The notes under the pieces are model-generated. The model was not told the origin of the DNA and ran no database searches. It saw only the letters and a list, made by a program, of their open reading frames with translations. From Nitrospinota bacterium (GTDB lineage: Bacteria; UBA8248): 10,813 nucleotides of DNA. Both the position numbers and the translations under genes were made by a program. How positions within the stretch are numbered: position 1 is the stretch's first letter; every line of letters begins with the position of its first letter. Below are positions 1 through 6,272 of the stretch, one piece after another. The stretch spans positions 1 to 10,813 of the forward strand of contig JASLZZ010000035.1 of the NCBI GenBank assembly GCA_030754595.1, written 5' to 3'.

Positions 1-54
1 TGCTTCTCTCAGCTTGGATATGATCTGCTCGGGTGTATGACGCTTCTTGCTCAT
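1..54 (-). CDS. IS3-family transposase OrfA, N-terminal 18 codons (partial)
   Basis: ATG at 54-52 translates as MSKKRHTPEQIISKLREA, matching the M-K-K-R-(H/F)-T-x-E-Q-I-I-x-x-L-R-E-A start of IS3/IS407 OrfA helix-turn-helix proteins. Not in the ORF track. Confidence 0.88.
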   Translation of the reverse strand, partial: MSKKRHTPEQIISKLREA

Positions 55-141
55 CTGAATCCCCCCGGATTGGGCGGTCACACCGAAAGAATACCGAAAA
101 TACTCCCACTCAGCATGGACCGGTTTTGAGGGGGAAGATCA
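1..141 (-). mobile_element. IS3-family insertion sequence (probably IS407 group), left end only; runs off the window
   Basis: The reverse complement from 141 reads 5'-TGATCTTCCCCCTCAAAACCGGTCCA..., a TG-starting terminus typical of IS3-family inverted repeats. It is followed by a G-rich RBS-like stretch and an ORF starting MSKKRHTPEQIISKLREA. LivF-like homology on the + strand begins immediately after position 141. Confidence 0.88.
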
Positions 142-404
142 GGCTGGGGACAGAGCCCAAGCTCATGCTCGTGGACGAACCGACCGATGGACTGATGCCC
201 GCCTACGTCGAAACGATCCAGAACGTCATGGTCGAAATTCAAAATAAGGGCATCGCCATCCTGCTCGTCAAGCAGAATTTCCGCATGGCGCTCACCATCA
301 CGAACCGCGCCTATCTCATCGAAAAGGGCGTTATCTGCTGGGAGGGGAAAAGCGCCGACCTGCTTGAGGATCAAGAGACGAGGATGCGCTATCTCGGCGT
401 TTGA
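142..404 (+). pseudogene. livF: 3' remnant of a branched-chain amino acid ABC transporter ATPase (LivF-like), interrupted by the IS
   Basis: EPKLMLVDEPTDGLMP (Walker B/D-loop), ILLVKQN (LivF-type EQN switch with E>K), RAYLIEKG and a YLGV C-terminus. Walker A and the signature motif are absent. The first 36 codons of track ORF 33..404 are IS sequence. Confidence 0.82.
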
Positions 405-427
405 TATTTTAAACGAATCACGACGAG

Positions 428-461
428 CGCCCCGGAGACCCTCCGGGGCGTTTTATTTTTT
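428..461 (+). terminator. Rho-independent terminator of the livF-like gene
   Basis: Perfect stem CGCCCCGGAG-acc-CTCCGGGGCG (428-450) followed by TTTTATTTTTT. It lies between convergent genes and overlaps the stop codon of the minus-strand ligase. Confidence 0.85.
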
Positions 462-1808
462 CCTGAGATCGACCAACCGCCGCGCCTTGAGGTTTTTCAT
501 GGGATCGTGAATCTCCCCCTCGGCGGCAAATTCCACCTCGGGAGTCACCATCACCGCCGCCCGGACCTGGCCGGGCACTTCACTGGACAGCCGCCCGCGT
601 TCGGCTTCGGACGCCTCAAGCCGGACGATGAGCTCGTCCATCGAATCGGGGTCCGAGGCCTCGCTCTTCCGGATGACGAGTTGAAACTCCCTGATCGCCC
701 GGTCGGCCGAGAGTAGCTCGTAAACGAGATCGGGGTTTATCAGCATCCCCTTGACCTTTACCAGATCGCCTGTCCGCCGCGGCGGACTCACGATTCGCTC
801 TCCGAGGCGGCCGCAATGGGGGCAGGCCTCGAGCCGGAGGCCGACCAGATCGCCGATGATGTAACGCAGAAGGACCGTACCCCGCCGGTGGAGGTGGGTG
901 AGGGCGACGCTCCCCTCCTCCCCCTCGGGCAGCCGCCGCCCAGTATTGGAGTCCACGACTTCGAGATAGTAAAGCTCTGGGACCACGTTGTGCGGAATAG
1001 CCTCCCCCGTGCACTGAACGAATCCCCCCTGCATTTCGGTGGCCGCGTAGCGCGCGCGCACCTGCGGGTCCTTCGCCCCGAAGTGACGGAGGTGATCCAT
1101 GTACTCCTCTCGCAGGGCGGCGCTCACGGCCTCGCCCGTCGTCAACACCATCCGCGCCCGGTCCAGCCGCGCTCCCCGCTCCCGAGCGAGGCGCAGGAAA
1201 CGCCGAACGAAGCTCGGCACCCCCCAGATTACCGTCGCCCCCGCCGCCGCAACGGCATCGACGGCCTCGCCGAGGTTCCGCCGCACCGGGTAGTCCGGGT
1301 GGGGGCTTCCCGTCAGAGCGCTTACAATCGGGATGCCCAGGATTTCCGCCGATCGCACCGGGCAGAGAAAAGCCCCAGTGGGCATCGGCGAGAGGGGATA
1401 GAGATTCGCGATCAAGTCACCCGGGCGAAAACCCTCGGTCTCGTTACAGATTCGCGCCTGCATCATGATGTGGTACTGATCGTGAGTGGTGTTGAAGAAG
1501 GGCGAGGGTCGCCCGCTGGTGGTCCCCGTCGTATAGGCGACGTTCCAGAGGGTGCGCTCCTCGAACGTAAGATCTCCGGCCAACTCCGGGTCGAGCGAGA
1601 AAGCCCTGGGATCGGCCATGAAATCGCTCTTTTCCGTCAGCGGAAATTTCTCGAGATCGTCGAGGGTGCGGATGTCTGCAGGGGATATTTTTTCCTCTTC
1701 AAAGCGTTTTTTATAAAACGGGTGCGCCCGGGCGCAAAGCGCCACCGTCCGGCGAAGGCGCGTCTCCCTCAATTCCCGAAGTTCTCGAAACTCCTCCGGC
1801 GGCCCCAC
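453..1808 (-). CDS. Phenylacetate-CoA ligase (PaaK)-like AMP-binding acyl/aryl-CoA ligase, about 451 aa
   Basis: Motifs PFYKKRF, LDDLEKFPLTEK, YTTGTTSGRP (P-loop), YAATE, RYIIGD, RRTGDLVKVKG and KARRLVDLR. The likely start is GTG at 1808, with GGGGG 7 nt upstream and a TAGTG overlap with the cytochrome stop. The first 138 aa of track ORF 453..2222 are an out-of-frame read of the cytochrome gene. Confidence 0.85.
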   Translation of the reverse strand: MGPPEEFRELRELRETRLRRTVALCARAHPFYKKRFEEEKISPADIRTLDDLEKFPLTEKSDFMADPRAFSLDPELAGDLTFEERTLWNVAYTTGTTSGRPSPFFNTTHDQYHIMMQARICNETEGFRPGDLIANLYPLSPMPTGAFLCPVRSAEILGIPIVSALTGSPHPDYPVRRNLGEAVDAVAAAGATVIWGVPSFVRRFLRLARERGARLDRARMVLTTGEAVSAALREEYMDHLRHFGAKDPQVRARYAATEMQGGFVQCTGEAIPHNVVPELYYLEVVDSNTGRRLPEGEEGSVALTHLHRRGTVLLRYIIGDLVGLRLEACPHCGRLGERIVSPPRRTGDLVKVKGMLINPDLVYELLSADRAIREFQLVIRKSEASDPDSMDELIVRLEASEAERGRLSSEVPGQVRAAVMVTPEVEFAAEGEIHDPMKNLKARRLVDLRKK

Positions 1809-2203
1809 TAGAAAACCCCCGCTTTGCGCTGAAGGCTGCGAATATACCCGATGATCTGGGCCACATCCTCGCGTTTCACTTTCGGAAGAGGTTTCATGTC
1901 GCCGAATCACCAGTGATGCTGGCCCACCCCCCGCTCGACGGCGAGGTAGAAGGCGATGTCGCCGTGGTGGTTCGGCTCGTAATACCGGCGGACGAGCGGC
2001 GGTCCCTTGTCCGATCCCTGCGCCCCCTTGCCGTGGCACTGCATGCAGTTTTGGAGAAAGAGGGTGCGCCCCTTCGCCAGGGCGACCGAAGGCCCGGCGA
2101 CGGCGGCCGTGCCCCGGGGGGATTTCGTGGGAATGGGCGCAAGTAAAAAAACGGCGGCAACAGCAATAGCTGCGACCACCGAAAAAATGACAATTTTGTT
2201 CAT
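1808..2203 (-). pseudogene. Membrane-anchored or exported monoheme cytochrome c with an internal TGA at 1909-1907
   Basis: Hydrophobic N-terminus, heme motif CMQCH, GPPLV...YEPNHHGD...HHW, then TGA. The same frame continues FGDMKPLPKVKREDVAQIIGYIRSLQRKAGVF to a TAG at 1810-1808, containing the presumed axial Met and the class I C-terminal helix (I-x-x-Y-I). Confidence 0.82.
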
Positions 2204-2311
2204 TAAGGAAATTCCTTTTCAATCATGATTCCTGGAAAAAAGCGCGCAGACCGCCTTTCCCCGCTCGGGGCCCGTTCGGGACGAAACCCGGCAAAGGTCT
2301 TACGGAGAATA

Positions 2312-2476
2312 TCAGCTTTTTCGGGACGTTTTCACCTCAATCGAGGTTATGATGCGTTCCAGCTTCACCGAACCGCATTTGGGGCATTTCCGCCTTTTTT
2401 TCTCGTATTCCGTTATAGAGAGAGTTATCACTATCTTTTCGCCGCATTTCCGGCACTCGAATTCGTAGATCGGCAT
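2312..2476 (-). CDS. FmdB-family zinc-ribbon protein (CxxC...CxxC), 54 aa
   Basis: Manual translation: MPIYEFECRKCGEKIVITLSITEYEKKRRKCPKCGSVKLERIITSIEVKTSRKS*. It shows the MPxYEF/YxCxxCG...CPxCGS pattern and has a purine-rich RBS upstream. Not in the ORF track. Confidence 0.92.
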   Translation of the reverse strand: MPIYEFECRKCGEKIVITLSITEYEKKRRKCPKCGSVKLERIITSIEVKTSRKS

Positions 2477-2555
2477 CTGAAACCCCTACCCTTCTCCGAA
2501 AATCGGAAGCTAAAAAATTCGCCCAAGGGAGTGAACGCTTCATTCCATACCATGA

Positions 2556-2584
2556 AATCTAGGGGCTGCCGGGAGTCCCGTCAA
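2556..2584 (-). promoter_or_regulatory. Candidate sigma70 promoter for the zinc-ribbon/cytochrome/ligase unit
   Basis: Minus strand TTGACG-17 nt-TAGATT, about 80 nt upstream of the ATG at 2476. Confidence 0.6.
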
Positions 2585-2595
2585 ACAAAATTGAA

Positions 2596-2624
2596 TTGAA
2601 CAACCGGTCCGCCTCGATTATCTT
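2596..2624 (+). promoter_or_regulatory. Candidate sigma70 promoter for the M20 operon
   Basis: TTGAAC-17 nt-TATCTT, 50 nt upstream of the ATG at 2675. Confidence 0.55.
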
Positions 2625-2674
2625 GGTAATCAACAACCCATCATTTAAGTGAATTCATGCCACGGAGACCCATC

Positions 2675-3940
2675 ATGCCCCACCCCGATTTTATCCGCGC
2701 CGAGCGTCATATTTACGAGGACCCGCTCCGCCGGACGTTGATGGATATGGTGAACATCCCGAGCCCCACGGGGGGCGAGGGCGAGATGGCGGCCTACCTC
2801 GAAGGGCGGTTGCGCCGGGCGGGCCTCCGGACCCAGCTTCAGGAGGTCAGCGCTGGTCGGCCAAACGCTGTGGGAACCCTCCCTGGCATGGGCGGGGGAG
2901 TCAACTTGCTCTTCACCGGACACATGGACACCTCCTATGGCGGCGACGAGGACTACCTCGACGGAGAGGGCTTCAAGCCAAGGGCCGTCTACCGCGACGG
3001 ATGGATCTGGGGACTCGGCGCCAACAACATGAAGAGCGGTCTCGCCTGCGCCCTGGTGGCCGTTGAAGCCATCGCCGAAGAGGGAATCTCCCTTCCCGGC
3101 GATATCTCCCTGGCCGGGGTGGTAGGAGAAATCGAAAAGGCGCCCATCGAGGAGTTTCAGGGGGAATCCTTCTCGGGCTACGGAACGGGGACGCGCCACC
3201 TCATCACCCACGGCGTCACGGCGGACTGCGCTATTTTGGCCGAGTCCACCTCGCTCCAGGTCTCCAACGCCAACATGGGCTGCATCTGGGCGAAGATAAC
3301 CGCCACCGGAACGATGGCCCATAGCGCCTACGGGAAAAAACCGGGCCACCGGAACGCCGTCGAGGAAATTCACCGTATCCAGTCGACGGTGATGGATTGG
3401 GCTCCCAGCTACAGCGAACGAAACGAATTCATGGGCGAGCGCCCCTCGGTGACGATCGCCGCCGTGAAGGGCGGACTGACCTGGCGCCTTTCGAGGAATC
3501 CTTTTGAGGCGAGCCTTTACATCGACGTGCGAACCGTGCCGGGACAGACGGCGGACCAGGTGAAACGCGAGCTGCGGGCGCTCCTCAAAAGCGTCGCAGA
3601 GGAAAGCGGCGGGACCGAGGCCGAGCTTTCGTTCTACGTAAACGACCCGGCCACGCTGATCGACCCAGGCCAGCCCGTCATCGGGGCGATGCGGGCCGCC
3701 CACGAGGAGATCACCGGCGCGGCGGCCGAGCCCATCATCCGCCTGCCCGCCGCCGACTCCACCCACTTCAACCGCTACGACATTCCTTGCGCCGTCTACG
3801 GGCCGGGAGGCTTCTCCCACCCCGACGCCGGGACCTGGATGCACGCCGCCGGCGAGCACATCTCGGTAGCAAACATGCTCACCGCCGCGCGGGTCTACCT
3901 CGCCGCCGCCCTCGACATCTGCAACCGGACACCGGCCTAA
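2675..3940 (+). CDS. M20/ArgE-DapE-fold metallohydrolase, atypical NaaA-like subgroup
   Basis: Motifs IPSPTGGEGE, LFTGHMDT (HxD), GLGANNMKSG, VVGEIE, ILAES, IDVRTVPG, YGPG and HAAGE. The start is placed at the 2675 ATG because GGAGA lies 7 nt upstream; 2657 is an alternative start. Confidence 0.9.
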   Translation: MPHPDFIRAERHIYEDPLRRTLMDMVNIPSPTGGEGEMAAYLEGRLRRAGLRTQLQEVSAGRPNAVGTLPGMGGGVNLLFTGHMDTSYGGDEDYLDGEGFKPRAVYRDGWIWGLGANNMKSGLACALVAVEAIAEEGISLPGDISLAGVVGEIEKAPIEEFQGESFSGYGTGTRHLITHGVTADCAILAESTSLQVSNANMGCIWAKITATGTMAHSAYGKKPGHRNAVEEIHRIQSTVMDWAPSYSERNEFMGERPSVTIAAVKGGLTWRLSRNPFEASLYIDVRTVPGQTADQVKRELRALLKSVAEESGGTEAELSFYVNDPATLIDPGQPVIGAMRAAHEEITGAAAEPIIRLPAADSTHFNRYDIPCAVYGPGGFSHPDAGTWMHAAGEHISVANMLTAARVYLAAALDICNRTPA

Positions 3941-3952
3941 TAAGGAATTCTC

Positions 3953-4795
3953 ATGTCTCCAGATCCCATCACCGTTGCCCACGAGGACGAGCGCGGCCGG
4001 ATATATTTCGCCGATTCGATGACCTATTTCGACGACCGCATCACGGGCAGCGATGTGATCATGTCGGGCTCCTACGCGGCGGGCCCGACCCTCTCGTGGG
4101 CCCTCAAGGTAGGCGCGAAGGCCGGAATCGCCCACGCCGCCGGGGTGGGAAAAGACGATGCCGGAATCAGCGGCCTCGCCCTCGCCGATCGGTTCGGGAT
4201 GCCCGCTGCCGCCTGCGAGACCATGTCAGCGCGCCTTGCCGACGGCACCTCAGTCTACGAGGGAAGCGTCGGACACGCGAACGAAAACGCCCGAAAGCTC
4301 GGCGTCGAGATCGGGCAGCCGGTCTCCGAGGCCGCGCGCCTCATGCTCGACGGTCCGGCCCGCCAACCCACCGATCCGGGGGCGGACGGCGTTTCGAACG
4401 AAATCTACACCCTCGAGGAAACGGCTAGCGGCACCGTCTACGCCTCGTGGGGGATTCCCGTCCTCCGTTCGATCAAGGAGCCCCGGCCCGACGACGTATT
4501 CGTCCAGGCCTCCCACTGCGGGACCACCCTATCGAAATTCGTCATCCCGCTGAAGCTAAAGGGAGTGATCGCAAATGACGCCGGCATGGGCTCAGACAAC
4601 TCGGGAATTTCCTCGTTCGGCCCGCTGGCCGAGGCGGGGATCGCCGCCGCCGCCGTCGGCGCCATGAGTGCGCGCATCGGCGACGTCATGAGCACCTGGA
4701 ACGACGGGGTGATTTCGGTGATGAACGCCGTGGCCGAGGCCCGGGGCGTCCGCACGGGAATGAGCACGGCCGAGGCCGCCCGGAAAATGCTCTAG
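3953..4795 (+). CDS. Hypothetical protein, 280 aa, made of two tandem homologous domains
   Basis: TAAGGA RBS, 12 nt after the M20 stop, with GC3-rich codon usage. The two halves align: AHAAGVGKDDAGIS/ANDAGMGSDNSGIS, MSARLADG/MSARIGDV, NENARKLGVEIG/NAVAEARGVRTG, EAARLML/EAARKML. Confidence 0.88.
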   Translation: MSPDPITVAHEDERGRIYFADSMTYFDDRITGSDVIMSGSYAAGPTLSWALKVGAKAGIAHAAGVGKDDAGISGLALADRFGMPAAACETMSARLADGTSVYEGSVGHANENARKLGVEIGQPVSEAARLMLDGPARQPTDPGADGVSNEIYTLEETASGTVYASWGIPVLRSIKEPRPDDVFVQASHCGTTLSKFVIPLKLKGVIANDAGMGSDNSGISSFGPLAEAGIAAAAVGAMSARIGDVMSTWNDGVISVMNAVAEARGVRTGMSTAEAARKML

Positions 4796-5574
4796 GGTTT
4801 TTTCCGGGGCTTGACCGCTCGGACAACGGCGCTCTCAAGCCCTTCGACAAGATAGGGCGTTCGGCTGACGATCTCTGCCTCCTCGAAACCCGCCGCGCGC
4901 AGGCCGCCGAGATATTCCTCCTCGCTGATCGCCCCCGCGATGCAGGCACACCACTCCTCCGTCGAGCCCTGGCCCTCGAACCCCTCCCCCTTGATGACGT
5001 CCGAGACGACGAACCGCCCGCCGTGCTTGAGGACGCGGTGGGATTCCCTGAAAACCGCCGCCTTGTCGGGCGAGAGGTTAATCACACAGTTGGAGATTAT
5101 CGCGTCCACCTCGCCGTCCCCGACCGGCATCGCCTCCATCTCGCCTTTCCGGAACTCGACGTTCACGAGGCCCATCTTCTCGTGGTTCGCCTCGGCCTTT
5201 GCGAGCATGGCGTCGGTCATATCGAGCCCGATGCTCCGCCCGGACCCGCCCACCTCGCCGGCGGCGAGAAAACAGTCCAGCCCCGCGCCCGAGCCCAGAT
5301 CGAGAACTGTCTCGCCTTCCTTGAGCCCGGCGATATCGATCGGGTTGCCGCAGGCGGCGTTCGACTCGACCAGTCCGGTCGGAAGGTCCGCCACTCGCTC
5401 CTCGGAGTAGCCGCTCGCCAATAGGCTTTCGACGCCCACGAGCATCTCGCCCCCGCCGCAGCAGCTCTCCTTCCCCACGGCCACCCGCGAGTACACCTCC
5501 CGAATCGCCTCCTTAACGTCTCCGCCACCGGGGTTGGTCCCTTCGGGGCTGGGTCCGCAACAAGCATCCGCCAT
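4792..5574 (-). CDS. arsM: Arsenite S-adenosylmethionine methyltransferase, 260 aa
   Basis: Motifs SCCG, ACGNP, VLDLGSGAGLDCFLAA (SAM motif I), GLDMTDAML, ISNCVINLSPDK and WCACIAGA, so the conserved ArsM cysteine positions are present. AAGGAG RBS lies upstream of the ATG at 5574. Confidence 0.9.
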   Translation of the reverse strand: MADACCGPSPEGTNPGGGDVKEAIREVYSRVAVGKESCCGGGEMLVGVESLLASGYSEERVADLPTGLVESNAACGNPIDIAGLKEGETVLDLGSGAGLDCFLAAGEVGGSGRSIGLDMTDAMLAKAEANHEKMGLVNVEFRKGEMEAMPVGDGEVDAIISNCVINLSPDKAAVFRESHRVLKHGGRFVVSDVIKGEGFEGQGSTEEWCACIAGAISEEEYLGGLRAAGFEEAEIVSRTPYLVEGLESAVVRAVKPRKKP

Positions 5575-5644
5575 CTGATTTCGCTCCTTGGTAAAGCCGG
5601 CCCCGCTACCGGTGCGACCGGCGCGGACCAGCGCGGACCAGCGA

Positions 5645-5665
5645 ATTATCGTCATTAACGATAAT
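5645..5665. promoter_or_regulatory. Palindromic operator candidate upstream of arsM
   Basis: Perfect inverted repeat ATTATCGT-catta-ACGATAAT, 70-90 nt upstream of the arsM start. Its minus-strand arm contains a -10-like GATAAT. Confidence 0.55.
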
Positions 5666-5828
5666 GCCCGGCATCCTCCCCCATTCCCCCAAAAGTTCGC
5701 AAGGGATTATAGAGGGATCATGTGGATATCCTCAGGTTACGTATAACTATTTGATTTTAAAATAGATACTGGGGTGACCTCGCGGTTCATCGCGACGGAC
5801 GGAGTTCACCCCTCCTCGCGATGGAGAC

Positions 5829-5857
5829 AGAAGTCGCGGGTCCTCCCCGCGACTTCT
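5829..5857. other. GC-rich hairpin at the 3' end of the SDR remnant (terminator-like or 3'-protective, no U-tract)
   Basis: Perfect 12-bp stem AGAAGTCGCGGG-tcctc-CCCGCGACTTCT overlapping the SDR stop codon. Confidence 0.6.
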
Positions 5858-6272
5858 ACCAAAGAGATTTGAGGCGGCCGCCGTCGAGGTTGAGCGATAC
5901 GCCGGTGATGTAGCCCGCACGATCGGAACACAAAAAAGCGATGGCGTCGGCGATCTCTTCGGGCTTGCCGAACCGGCCCAGCGCGTTTTTCCGGGCGGCG
6001 CGGCGGCGGGCCTCCTCCTCGTTCTCGGCCTCGACTTCCTCGGCCAGCCCCTCGGCGTTCCGCCGCCAGAGGTCGGTGTCCACCCAGCCCGGACAGACGG
6101 CGTTGACGTTGATGCCCTCCTCGCCAAACTCGGTCGAAAGGGATTTCGTCAGGTTGAGCAGCGCGGCGTTCGTTATTCCGCTGCCGAACATATAGGGGTC
6201 GGGCTCCTTCCCGGCCCCGCCGATCATATTCACGATGCGCCCCCAGCCGCCCTCGCGCATGTGGGGCAAAAT
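5856..6272 (-). pseudogene. C-terminal half of a short-chain dehydrogenase/reductase (SDR)
   Basis: Motifs LPHMREGGWGRIVNM, GINVNAVCPGWVDT, LGRFGKPEEIA and YITGVSLNLDGG. The N-terminal TGxxxGxG and NNAG motifs are missing, an in-frame TAA lies five codons upstream of the TTG at 6269, and the upstream DNA is AT-rich and non-coding. Confidence 0.85.

Noticed and set aside
1907..1909. Selenocysteine or an alternative genetic code at the cytochrome TGA
   Set aside because: TGA is a true stop in four other genes here, the position is not one I recall as Cys in homologs, and no clear SECIS stem follows. Not formally excluded.
1809..2222. 138-aa N-terminal extension of the ligase in track ORF 453..2222
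   Set aside because: It is an alternative frame over the cytochrome c gene, with Arg/Pro-rich nonsense composition. Ligase homology and an RBS begin at 1808.
2225..2599. Track ORFs 2225..2599 (+) and 2337..2543 (-)
   Set aside because: Both overlap the real 54-aa zinc-ribbon gene in the wrong strand or frame.
2645..4135. 496-aa minus-strand ORF (likewise 816..1811 +, 3787..4428 +, 4940..5410 + and other overlapping ORFs)
   Set aside because: Shadow or alternative frames of well-supported genes.
5575..5655. Longer arsM start at 5655
   Set aside because: No RBS, and it lies inside the palindrome. The ATG at 5574 has a strong AAGGAG.
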